Source of the DNA: Candidatus Latescibacterota bacterium
Lineage (GTDB): Bacteria; Latescibacterota; UBA2968; UBA8231
Length of the DNA: 64,000 nt
Assembly: GCA_965242865.1 (NCBI GenBank)
Contig: CBDETK010000013.1
Span: 2,400,001-2,464,000 of the forward strand
Direction of reading: 5' to 3'
Of the stretch, positions 50,740 through 59,737 are shown piece after piece (the stretch's first letter is position 1; each line of letters starts with the position of its first letter). The notes under the pieces are model-generated. The model was given only the letters and a program-made list of their open reading frames with translations. It was not told the origin of the DNA and did no database searches. The translations under genes were made by a program, and so were the position numbers.

Positions 50740-51022
50740 TCAGACGGTAAAACATTGAGTTTGTATTCCTCTGGAATTTTCGCCGTAGGGCCGGTCGTAA
50801 TCGTGATAGTCATAGCCAAACTTCGCCCCCGTCAATACTCGGCAGCACCACGGTATCGTCAGAGAATGAACTGCTGGGGAAACTTCATGGTGAACACGCT
50901 GTTGGGATTGACCGGAACGGGCCTGATACCTCGTCCCCGCCGGGTTCATACCCGCATACAAAGTCTTGGCCGTGTGCGCTTGCCGTGAACAGGATAAGCA
51001 GCATGAATATGCGAAAAAGCAT
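50740..51022 (-). pseudogene. Chimeric protease relic: P1-type 5' end plus a P5-type fragment
   Basis: MLFRIFMLLILFTASAHGQDFVCGYEPGGDEVSG from 51022, then FGYDYHDYDRPYGE in another frame (cf. P5 FGYQYHNYDRPFGE). Confidence 0.7.
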
Positions 51023-51041
51023 AATACCCTCCCTAAAGAGC

Positions 51042-51095
51042 TTGCGTGCCGATGTCCTTGCCAATATCATACATAAGAGAAAGGCCGCCGGTCAA
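51042..51095. promoter_or_regulatory. Divergent promoter with a shared bidirectional -10 (relic / S6)
   Basis: Plus strand TTGCGT-17-TATCAT (51065-51070). Minus strand TTGACC-18-TATGAT (51071-51066). Confidence 0.5.
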
Positions 51096-51156
51096 TAGAT
51101 TTTTCCCTTCTGTTCCTCACTTCATCACTTCACTACAAAAGGATGTTGGCCTTATA

Positions 51157-52113
51157 GTGACTCAACTCCTCGTAGTCCCACTGGTGCTATGCACTCTGTT
51201 AGCCCCGTCCGCATTCGCACAGGATGAAGCAGGCTTTGAGGGGAGCCCAACGGATTTTCTTCCGTTGCAGGTCGGCAATCAGTGGACCTATGAGCACAAT
51301 TATTGGAACCACTACTACTCCTTGGGTAGACACCACGAATATTTAGCAAGTCCACCCCTCAGGCGGGTGCTCCTACGGTCGATATTGGACATACCCGGGT
51401 ATCCCTCCTTCTACGAATCTTTCGGCACGGATGAGGCTTGGAGAAATCGGCAAAATCCGCCTGATAACTTAACCTCTATTACTAGAAGGTTCACCATTGA
51501 GATTACCCATACCGAGAAAATTGGGAGCAACGAGTACTTTGTCTTTAGTCACGTAGGGTACGATTGGCCGCCAGTACCTAATTTTTTCTTGGCCGGCAAA
51601 AAGGTGCGCTTCTCAAGGCACAGTGACGAATTTAACACGCTAGCGTTTGGAGAGGATGAGGGAACGGGTCGCCCAGATTTATATCGATTTCACCCGTACG
51701 ATATTCTTCCTTACTCCGTTCCAGACCAGCCCCTGCTGCTAGATAAAAATCTTCGGGGCACACTTTTCGTCGGGCGCACACTTTCGTATGCCAATGATAA
51801 CGTATTTATAGAAGTTAAGCCTCTTACTCACTGGGATCAGGAAATTGTGGCTTCTTTTGCCATAAGTAGCGAGGACACCTTTTTGGGTGAAGTTCTGTTT
51901 GTAACAGGATATGGGCTCGCCATGTACGACCTATCTTGGTGGGATTATGGTGAAGCACCACTCACTTACTTTCACCTTTCCATTATCCCGGTTTCCGCGG
52001 TTATCGGTGGCAAAGAGATCGAATTTCCGTATGTCGCCCCTGCATTATGGACTCATGTTCAACCTACCACCTCTTGGGGCCAACTCAAAGCGCGTCACGG
52101 GCAGGAGCCATAG
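51157..52113 (+). CDS. Secreted partner protein S6 (most divergent S paralog)
   Basis: FLPLQVGNQWTY...TTSWGQLKARHGQEP. The homologous ATG is ATA (51154), so a GTG start at 51157 is assumed. Confidence 0.75.
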   Translation: MTQLLVVPLVLCTLLAPSAFAQDEAGFEGSPTDFLPLQVGNQWTYEHNYWNHYYSLGRHHEYLASPPLRRVLLRSILDIPGYPSFYESFGTDEAWRNRQNPPDNLTSITRRFTIEITHTEKIGSNEYFVFSHVGYDWPPVPNFFLAGKKVRFSRHSDEFNTLAFGEDEGTGRPDLYRFHPYDILPYSVPDQPLLLDKNLRGTLFVGRTLSYANDNVFIEVKPLTHWDQEIVASFAISSEDTFLGEVLFVTGYGLAMYDLSWWDYGEAPLTYFHLSIIPVSAVIGGKEIEFPYVAPALWTHVQPTTSWGQLKARHGQEP

Positions 52114-52160
52114 AGCCGCCGCGCTCATTATGGTGTTCCGATTCGGTGCCGCGGACGCTC

Positions 52161-52943
52161 TCACCCCTGAAACAGCGACAGCGCCCCATCGACGTACATC
52201 TCGGTCCCCGTGATGTAGCTAGCCTCGTCCGAGGCCAAAAAGACGATGGCGTTGGCGACCTCCTCGGCGCTGGCGGCGCGCTGTTGCAGGGGGATCATGC
52301 CTTGGGGGAACTCGCGGGGGATGCGAATTTTGTCGAGGTCGCGGGGGAAGGTGTTCTCGCCGATGCTGGTTTGGGTCGCGCCGGGGCAGACCACGTTGAT
52401 GCGGATGTCCCACTGGGCCAGCTCGACCGCGGCCATTTTGGCAAAGGTCACTTGGGCGGCCTTGGAGCAGGAATACGCGGTGAAGCCGAAGTTGGAGAAG
52501 ATGCGGTTGCCATTGACCGAGGAGACCACGACGATGCTGCCACCGCCCGCCGCCCGCAGATGCGGAATGGCGTACTTCACGGTGAGGAAGGTGCCGCGCA
52601 CGTTGATGTGGTGCGTCTGATCCCACTCCTCGGGAGTGATGTCCTCGATGGGAGCAAAGACGCCGTTGATGCCGGCGTTGGGCACGACGATGTCGAGGCG
52701 GCCCCACCGCTCAACCGTGGCCGCGACCAGTTGGGCGACGTGCTCGGCGTTAGCCACGTCCCCGGGCAAGGCCAATGCTTGGCCGCCCAACCCCTCGATT
52801 TCGGCTACGGCTTCCTCGCAGCGCTCGGCGCGGCGGGCCGTCAGCGCGATCTTGGCTCCTTGGCGAGCCATGGCCACGGCCGCGGCCCGGCCAATGCCGC
52901 TGCTGCCCCCGGTGACGAGGGCCACTCTGTCTTTGAGCTTCAT
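52161..52943 (-). CDS. SDR family oxidoreductase
   Basis: TGGSSGIG, NAGI, YSCSK, NVVCPG. Confidence 0.9.
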   Translation of the reverse strand: MKLKDRVALVTGGSSGIGRAAAVAMARQGAKIALTARRAERCEEAVAEIEGLGGQALALPGDVANAEHVAQLVAATVERWGRLDIVVPNAGINGVFAPIEDITPEEWDQTHHINVRGTFLTVKYAIPHLRAAGGGSIVVVSSVNGNRIFSNFGFTAYSCSKAAQVTFAKMAAVELAQWDIRINVVCPGATQTSIGENTFPRDLDKIRIPREFPQGMIPLQQRAASAEEVANAIVFLASDEASYITGTEMYVDGALSLFQG

Positions 52944-53027
52944 GTCGATCTCCTAAGTTGACGAGAAAATGCGGGCGGAATATCATTGGAAACCACTAAA
53001 ATACAGCCAGCGAAAATGGAGACAAGA

Positions 53028-54287
53028 ATGCAAGAAAACGCGAACCCACACTCCCGACCCTCGGCTCTGCAGATCACCGACATGCGCGTCGCCAATGTGC
53101 GCGGTGCGCCGTTCCGGGCGACCATCATCCGCATCGACACCAACCAAGGGCTCTCGGGCTACGGCGAGGTGCGCGACGGCGGCAGCCCGACCTACGCGCT
53201 CATGCTCAAAAGCCGTTTGCTCGGGGAAAACCCCTGCAACGTCGATAAGCTCTTCCGCAAGATCAAACAATTCGGCCACCACGCGCGCCAAGCCGGCGGC
53301 GTCTGCGGCGTGGAGATGGCACTGATGGATCTGGCGGGCAAAGCATACAACGTGCCGGCCTACCAACTGGCCGGCGGCAAGTTCCGCGACCGGGTCCTCT
53401 GCTACTGCGATACCCCGACGCGGCGCGACGGGCGCCAGATGGGGCAGTTGCTCAAGGAGCGCGTGGAGCGGGGGTTTAAGTTCCTCAAAATGGACGTCGG
53501 CATTGGGTTGCTACGGGGAGTTAAAGACGCGCTGATCGCCCCGCCGGGCATGTTGGAAAGCCACGACGTCATGCACCCATTTACGGGGATTCAGATCACC
53601 AACAAAGGCATTGACGTCCTCTGCGAATACGTGGAGCAGGTGCGCGAGGTGATCGGCTATGAAGTTCCCTTGGCCGTCGATCACTTTGGCCACATCGGCG
53701 TTGAGTCCTGCATCCGCTTGGGCCGGGCCCTCGATCAGTTCAGCCTAGCCTGGTACGAGGACATGATCCCTTGGCAGCTAGCCGACCAATGGCAGCGGCT
53801 CGCCGAAGCCGTGGATACGCCCTTATGCACGGGCGAGGACATCTATCTCAAGGAAAACTTCCTACCGCTCTTTGAACGGCGCGCCCTTGCCGTCGTCCAC
53901 CCGGACTTGGCCTCTTCCGGCGGCATCCTCGAGACCAAAAAGATCGGCGACTTAGCTCAAGAGCACGGCATTGCCATGGCCCTGCACATGGCCATGTCGC
54001 CGGTCGCGACCTTAGCTTCGGTGCATTGCGCCGCAGCGACCGAAAACTTCATGGTGCTCGAAAACCACTCGGTCGATCAGCTAGAACAGTGGAGCAGCTT
54101 GGTCGAGGGCTTGCCGGTGCCGCTGATTGAGGACGGGCACATTGCGGTGCCAGAAGGGCCGGGGCTGGGCTTCAGCGGGCTCAACGAAGACGTGCTGCGG
54201 TCGTTTGCCGATCCAGCGCAGCCGGACCTATTTGCCCCCACCGCGGAGTGGGACGACGAGCGGTCACACGACCGCTTGTGGAGCTAA
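53028..54287 (+). CDS. Mandelate racemase / sugar-acid dehydratase-like enolase superfamily enzyme
   Basis: EMALMDLAGK, KMD, AVDHFGH, WYED, CTGED, GPGLG; start approximate. Confidence 0.85.
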   Translation: MQENANPHSRPSALQITDMRVANVRGAPFRATIIRIDTNQGLSGYGEVRDGGSPTYALMLKSRLLGENPCNVDKLFRKIKQFGHHARQAGGVCGVEMALMDLAGKAYNVPAYQLAGGKFRDRVLCYCDTPTRRDGRQMGQLLKERVERGFKFLKMDVGIGLLRGVKDALIAPPGMLESHDVMHPFTGIQITNKGIDVLCEYVEQVREVIGYEVPLAVDHFGHIGVESCIRLGRALDQFSLAWYEDMIPWQLADQWQRLAEAVDTPLCTGEDIYLKENFLPLFERRALAVVHPDLASSGGILETKKIGDLAQEHGIAMALHMAMSPVATLASVHCAAATENFMVLENHSVDQLEQWSSLVEGLPVPLIEDGHIAVPEGPGLGFSGLNEDVLRSFADPAQPDLFAPTAEWDDERSHDRLWS

Positions 54288-54289
54288 AG

Positions 54290-55348
54290 ATGGCCTACGA
54301 CATCGCTGTCCTCAAAGGCGACGGCATTGGCCCGGAAGTGATGGACGAGGCCCTGAAGGTGCTCCACGCGCTGGGCACTCCGGCCCTTGCCTTTGCCGAA
54401 TATCCGTGTGGCGCGGAGTGCTATCTGGAGCAAGGGGATCCGCTGCCGGAGGCGACCGTGGCGGGATGCCGCCGGGCGGATGCGGTGCTGTTGGGCGCGA
54501 TGGGGTTGCCGCACGTGCGCTGGCCGGACGGGACGGAGATGCGGCCGCAAGTTGACTTGCGGATCAAGCTGGACCTGTACGCCGGGGTGCGGCCGATTTA
54601 CCTCTACGCGGCCGCGCACACCCCGCTCAAAGGGTTGGCGGCCGGCGACATTGACTTCGTCGTCCTGCGCGAAAACGTCGAGGGGCTTTTTGCCTCCATG
54701 AACGGCGGCATTGAGTTGCGCGGAGAAGTGGCCGTGGACTCTATGGTCATTACGCGCACGGGCACGGAGCGCGTGGTGCGCTACGCCTTTGAACTGGCGC
54801 GGCAACGCGGCCGGACGCCGATGAAGGTAACGTGCGTTGACAAGGCCAACGTCTTCCGCTCAATGGCCTTCTTCCGCCGCGTGTACGACGAGGTTGCGGC
54901 CAACTACCCAGACGTCGAGCGCGATTACGCGTACATCGACGCCCTGAGCATGTACTTGGTGCAGCAACCGGCCGGCTACGACGTGCTGGTCACCGAGAAC
55001 ATGTACGGGGACATCATCTCGGACTTGGCCGCCGGCTTGGTCGGCGGTTTGGGGCTGGCCCCTTCGGGAGACATCGGGGAGGACGCGGCCGTGTTCCAAC
55101 CCTCGCACGGCACGGCCCCCGACATCGCCGGGCAAGAAAAGGCCAATCCGGTGGCGATGATCCTGTCGGCCGCCATGATGCTGCGCTGGTTGGGCCAGCG
55201 GCACGGCGATTTTGCGGCCACCAGCGGGGCGGACCGAATCGACAAAGCGGTGCGGGCAGTCATCGGCGAGCAGGGCGCGGGGACGCCCGATTTAGGAGGG
55301 GCGTTGAGCAGCCGGGCGCTAGGGGAGCGGATTGTCCGAGCGCTCTGA
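54290..55348 (+). CDS. Isocitrate/isopropylmalate/tartrate dehydrogenase family
   Basis: GDGIGPEV, RENVEG, VDKANV, ENMYGDIISD, HGTAPDIAG. Confidence 0.85.
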   Translation: MAYDIAVLKGDGIGPEVMDEALKVLHALGTPALAFAEYPCGAECYLEQGDPLPEATVAGCRRADAVLLGAMGLPHVRWPDGTEMRPQVDLRIKLDLYAGVRPIYLYAAAHTPLKGLAAGDIDFVVLRENVEGLFASMNGGIELRGEVAVDSMVITRTGTERVVRYAFELARQRGRTPMKVTCVDKANVFRSMAFFRRVYDEVAANYPDVERDYAYIDALSMYLVQQPAGYDVLVTENMYGDIISDLAAGLVGGLGLAPSGDIGEDAAVFQPSHGTAPDIAGQEKANPVAMILSAAMMLRWLGQRHGDFAATSGADRIDKAVRAVIGEQGAGTPDLGGALSSRALGERIVRAL

Positions 55349-55349
55349 C

Positions 55350-56450
55350 ATGGACCGCCGGACCTTTCTCGGCTGGGGTTTAGGGGTGGCCGCGTGGCCG
55401 GCATTGGGCCGCGCCGCACCTGTGCGACCAGAGCGAACGCGCCTGCGCGAGTTGGGCATTGTCATTGGCGAACTGGCGACCGGCCCGCACAACGCCATCA
55501 CGGATGTCGAGGGCGTGCGGGTCGGCCATCTAACCCTGATTGAAGATGATTCGGTCCGCACCGGGGTGACGGCGATTGTGTCGCCCACGCCGGCGTTTGC
55601 CGCGGACTTCACGCTCAACGGCAACGGCGAGCTCATGGGAGTCGGCTCCATGCGGCGCACGGGCCTGTTGGCCGGCCCGGTCCTTTTTACCAACACATCC
55701 AGCGTCGGCGCGGTGCATGATGGCGCGGTGGAGTGGATGCTGGCCCGCGACCCCGACCTGTTCGCGAGTGCTTTGCAGCCCGCGCCCATCGTCGGCGAGA
55801 CCTGGGCTGCGTTTCTCCACGACGAAGCCGGGCGGCACGTGCAGCCGGCCCACGCGGCCGCAGCCCTCGACGCGGCGCACAACGGGCCGGTGGCCGAAGG
55901 CTGCGTCGGCGGCGGGACCGGGATGCGGGCCTATAGCTTCAAGGCCGGGATTGGCACGGCCTCGCGCCAAGTCCCCGGCGGCGACCAGCGCTACACAGTA
56001 GGGGTGCTGGTGCAGGCGAATTTTGGTCGGCGGCCCCAACTGCGCGTCGACGGCGTCCCGGTGGGCCGGGAGATACCCGAGCGGATGCCGGTGCGCGGTG
56101 GCAAGAGCAAGTCCATGCTCGCGGCCGTGGCCACGGACGCGCCGTTGATCCCTGCCCAGCTCCAGCGCGTGGGCAAGCGGGTGGCCTTGGGCATGGCGCG
56201 CACGGGCGCGATTTCCACCCACGGCAGCGGCGACTTGGTGCTGGCCTTTTCCACGGCCTCGCCCGGGCCCCTGTTCGCGGACCGCTGGATTTCGGGCCTG
56301 TTCCAAGGCGTGGTCGAGGCTACGGAGGAAGCCATTCTCAACGCGCTGACTACGGCTCACACCATGACCGGCCGCGCGGGCAACACCATCCACGCGCTGC
56401 CGCTGGACCGCTTGCTCGAAGTCATGCGCGCCTACGGCCGGCTCAAATGA
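55350..56450 (+). CDS. DmpA-like P1 family aminopeptidase with Tat signal
   Basis: MDRRTFLG Tat motif, NAITDVEGVRVGH, NGNGE, VGGGTGM, HGSGD autoprocessing site. Confidence 0.85.
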   Translation: MDRRTFLGWGLGVAAWPALGRAAPVRPERTRLRELGIVIGELATGPHNAITDVEGVRVGHLTLIEDDSVRTGVTAIVSPTPAFAADFTLNGNGELMGVGSMRRTGLLAGPVLFTNTSSVGAVHDGAVEWMLARDPDLFASALQPAPIVGETWAAFLHDEAGRHVQPAHAAAALDAAHNGPVAEGCVGGGTGMRAYSFKAGIGTASRQVPGGDQRYTVGVLVQANFGRRPQLRVDGVPVGREIPERMPVRGGKSKSMLAAVATDAPLIPAQLQRVGKRVALGMARTGAISTHGSGDLVLAFSTASPGPLFADRWISGLFQGVVEATEEAILNALTTAHTMTGRAGNTIHALPLDRLLEVMRAYGRLK

Positions 56451-57406
56451 ATCGCGTACGCCCAGCGGGTGCTGCGGCCGGGCCGCACAACGCCATTGTC
56501 GATGTGGCCGGAGTTAGCGTGGGGCACAGCGACATCCACACGCCCGATTTGCACACCGGCCTAACGGCCATTGTCCCCTATCCGGCCGGAGTGGCTGAGC
56601 GCAAGCTGTTTATCGGTCGCTTTGCCATTGACGGCGGCGACGCCATGAGCGGCTTGGGGGTGGCCGAAGACTTCGGCACCTTTTCCTCGCCCATTGTCCT
56701 CGCCCCGACCCCGGTCGTCGGCCGGGTGTACGAAGCCTTAATTCGCCACAGCTTGGGCCGCGACCCCGGGCTATCGGCCGTGGCTGGTTGGCCGCCGGTG
56801 GTCGTAGGGATTGACGACACAGGGGTCAACGACCCCGCGCTCGTCCGCCAGACCCTGACCCACGCCCACGCCGCCGAGGCGTTGGCCCGTGCTGGTCGCA
56901 CGGTGCCTAGGGGCAATGCCGGCGTCGGCGGTGGGTTGCGGGCCTTTGGCTACAAAGGCGGCGTTGGTACGGCCTCGCGCCGGGCCGGGGAATACGCGCT
57001 GGGCCTGTTGGCCGCAGTCAACGGGGGCCGCACGCTGCACTGGGCCGGTCGCGTCCTGCCGGCGGGCGAGGCGGTCGGGGAGCCGCAGACGTTTGCCATG
57101 GTCGTCGCTACGGACGCCCCGCTCATCCCGCGTCAACTAGAGCGTTTGGCCGGTCGCGCCGCACTGGGGCTGGCGCGGACGGGCGTGTGGAACCCGCAGA
57201 CGCGCGAGGGCCTGGTCCTCGCCTTTTCCACCCAAGAGCCGGCCGCATCGAGGCCGATGGTGGGCGAAGAAAGGCTCTATTCGCTTTTTGCCGCGGCGGC
57301 CGAAGCGGCCGAAGCGGCGGTCGTCGATGCCCTGTTGGCCGCTGAAACGGTCGGGGAGCTCAAAGCCATGCCGCAGACCGGCTGGCTGGAAGCGGGGGAC
57401 GGTTGA
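56447..57406 (+). CDS. DmpA-like paralog, probably catalytically inactive
   Basis: NAIVDVAGVSVGH, KGGVGTASR, VATDAPL are present; GSGD is replaced by QTREG. Confidence 0.75.
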   Translation: MNRVRPAGAAAGPHNAIVDVAGVSVGHSDIHTPDLHTGLTAIVPYPAGVAERKLFIGRFAIDGGDAMSGLGVAEDFGTFSSPIVLAPTPVVGRVYEALIRHSLGRDPGLSAVAGWPPVVVGIDDTGVNDPALVRQTLTHAHAAEALARAGRTVPRGNAGVGGGLRAFGYKGGVGTASRRAGEYALGLLAAVNGGRTLHWAGRVLPAGEAVGEPQTFAMVVATDAPLIPRQLERLAGRAALGLARTGVWNPQTREGLVLAFSTQEPAASRPMVGEERLYSLFAAAAEAAEAAVVDALLAAETVGELKAMPQTGWLEAGDG

Positions 57407-58530
57407 GCCACCGCTTGCTCGACGATCGGGCCGCGCTCGGCGACTTCCGCGCTCGGCTGTTGGCTTGGTATCGCCAAAACAAGCGGCAGACTAGCTGGCG
57501 CGACAGCGACAATCCCTATCACGTGTGGGTATCCGAGGTCATGTTGCAACAGACCCGGGTGGAGCAGATGGCCCCTTATTTCGATCGGTTTATCCGCGCA
57601 TTTCCCACGCTCCAAGCGCTGGCCGCTGCGTCCGAGGACCAGGTGCTCAAGGCCTGGGAGGGCTTGGGCTACTATGCGCGGGCACACAACATGCACAAGG
57701 CCGCCAAGCGCATGGCCTTTGAGTTGGGAGGCCGCATCCCGGATACGTACCAAGCGTTGATCGAGCTGCCTGGGATTGGCCAATACACGGCCGCGGCCAT
57801 TAGCAGCATTGCCTTTGACCGCGACCACCCGGTGCTCGACGGCAATGTGACCCGCGTGCTCTGCCGCTTGTTGCGGATTGAGGAAGAGCCGACTCGCGCC
57901 CAAGTCAAGGCGCGGCTCATCGCCGCCGGCGAAGCCCTGCTGGCCCGGGGCGAGGCCGGCGATTTCAATCAGGCGATGATGGAGCTGGGGGCGCGGGTCT
58001 GTACGCCGCAAAGCCCGAACTGCCCGACGTGTCCGGTCGGCGGCTGGTGTCGGGCCAAGGCCGAGTTGGACGACCCGACCGCCCTGCCGCGCAAGGCCCG
58101 GAGGAAACAGAAGCCGCATTATCAAGTGGCGGCTGGCTTGATTCGCCGGGGCGACGAGCTGCTAATCGCCCAGCGGCCGGCCGAGGGGATGCTCGGCGGC
58201 CTGTGGGAGTTTCCCGGGGGCAAGCAGGAGCCCGGGGAGACCTTGCCCGAATGCTTGGTGCGCGAGATCCGCGAGGAATTGGGCATTGAAATTGAGGTGG
58301 ATGCGCGCCTGACGAGCGTGGAGCACACCTATTCGCACTTCAGCATTACCTTACATGCGTTTGCCGCTCGCTACGTGCGCGGCACCCCGCAGGCGTTGGG
58401 TTGCGCTGCTTGGCGGTGGGTCGCCCCGGAGGCTTTGGACGACTTTGCGCTGCCGCGGGCCGATCGCCGAATCGTGGAGTTCATGCGCCAACACGCACAA
58501 CAGACGGAGTTATTTGGTGAAAAAAAGTGA
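57403..58530 (+). CDS. mutY: A/G-specific adenine glycosylase MutY with a C-terminal Nudix domain
   Basis: VSEVMLQQT, WEGLGYYARA, HhH LPGIGQYTA, DGNV, 4Fe-4S Cys motif. Confidence 0.92.
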   Translation: MSHRLLDDRAALGDFRARLLAWYRQNKRQTSWRDSDNPYHVWVSEVMLQQTRVEQMAPYFDRFIRAFPTLQALAAASEDQVLKAWEGLGYYARAHNMHKAAKRMAFELGGRIPDTYQALIELPGIGQYTAAAISSIAFDRDHPVLDGNVTRVLCRLLRIEEEPTRAQVKARLIAAGEALLARGEAGDFNQAMMELGARVCTPQSPNCPTCPVGGWCRAKAELDDPTALPRKARRKQKPHYQVAAGLIRRGDELLIAQRPAEGMLGGLWEFPGGKQEPGETLPECLVREIREELGIEIEVDARLTSVEHTYSHFSITLHAFAARYVRGTPQALGCAAWRWVAPEALDDFALPRADRRIVEFMRQHAQQTELFGEKK

Positions 58531-59416
58531 GTTGCTAGTCGCGGGCCGACGCCGGGCGCCCGGGCTGGTTTTGCGCGGGCTGTGCATGGGCGCGGCCGAC
58601 GTAATCCCCGGGGTGTCCGGGGGGACGATTGCCTTGGTCACGGGCATTTACGACGAGCTGGTCGGGACGATTGCCGCCGTGGATCAACGGATCGTGGGGG
58701 CCTTGGTGCGGGGCCGCTTAATCGAGGTGTTGCACCGAGTCAATGCCCCTTTTCTGGTGCCGTTGCTGTGCGGTATCGGCCTGTCCATTGCCGCGCTGGC
58801 CAAGTTCATAACCTCGCTGTTAGAGACGCACCCCGAGCCGGTGTGGGGGTTTTTCACCGGGTTGATCTTGGCCAGTGCGCTCGTGGTCGCTCGGCAGGTG
58901 GCCGGCTGGGGGCTGGCGCAGTGGGGGCTGACCGCACTCGGCGCGGCGATTGGCTACGCCATTACCACGTTGGTCCCGGTCGAGACCGGCGTCGAGGCTT
59001 ACAAGTTCGCGCTGGCTGGCATGGTGGCCATCTGCGCGATGATTCTGCCGGGGATTAGCGGCTCGTTTCTGCTGGTGGTCATGGGCAAATACCAGCAGGT
59101 CTTGACCGCGGTACACGAGTTCGATTGGGCGATCTTGGCCCTCTTCGGCTCTGGGGCGGTTGTTGGTCTGCTGGGCTTTTCGCGGCTGCTCAAGCACCTA
59201 CTGGCCCGCTTTCGCGCCGCCACCATGGCCTTGTTGGTGGGGTTGATGTTGGGTTCGCTGCGCAAGGTGTGGCCGTTCCGCAACGAGCTGGACGACGGGT
59301 GCTACGAATGCGCGTGGCCGCAGGAATTCAACGGCGAGGCTTGGCTGAGCTTGGGGCTGATTGCCGTGGGAGTGGTGCTGGTGTTGGCCTTGGAGCGACT
59401 GGGCGCAAGGCGGTGA
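58517..59416 (+). CDS. DUF368 family membrane protein (putative undecaprenyl-phosphate translocase)
   Basis: MGAADVIPGVSGGTIA and AMILPGISGS repeats, GSLRKVWP. Confidence 0.85.
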   Translation: MKKSELLVAGRRRAPGLVLRGLCMGAADVIPGVSGGTIALVTGIYDELVGTIAAVDQRIVGALVRGRLIEVLHRVNAPFLVPLLCGIGLSIAALAKFITSLLETHPEPVWGFFTGLILASALVVARQVAGWGLAQWGLTALGAAIGYAITTLVPVETGVEAYKFALAGMVAICAMILPGISGSFLLVVMGKYQQVLTAVHEFDWAILALFGSGAVVGLLGFSRLLKHLLARFRAATMALLVGLMLGSLRKVWPFRNELDDGCYECAWPQEFNGEAWLSLGLIAVGVVLVLALERLGARR

Positions 59417-59737
59417 AACGCTTTCAGCTTAGTACGCGACCCTTACGTTGAGTCCGCCTTTTCTGGTGTTGCCGCTGCGTCCGGGGTCGAGGGCAAGACG
59501 ACCTCCATCCTTGGCAATTAGATACATACTTTGATTTTCCCGTAAAGTAACGGATGTGGCCGGCCGAACGGACAACGGACGGTACGCCGCTTTTGTCGCC
59601 AACGTCCCATGCCTGTACCCTTTTCGCCACACACCAACGCCTCCAATCCCAAGCCGCCCCTCTGAGCCGCCGCCATGGCACGATTCTTGCCTTATTGTGG
59701 ATACCACCCCACCCCACCCGCAACCAAGGCAAAACCC

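Noticed and set aside
12985-52113. Shufflon or invertase-driven inversion system
   Set aside because: All protease copies are in direct orientation, and no recombinase gene or short inverted crossover sites were found.
59417-59737. ncRNA or small gene in the DUF368-Rpn gap
   Set aside because: No recognisable RNA structure or family motif; overlapping ORFs look like shadows.
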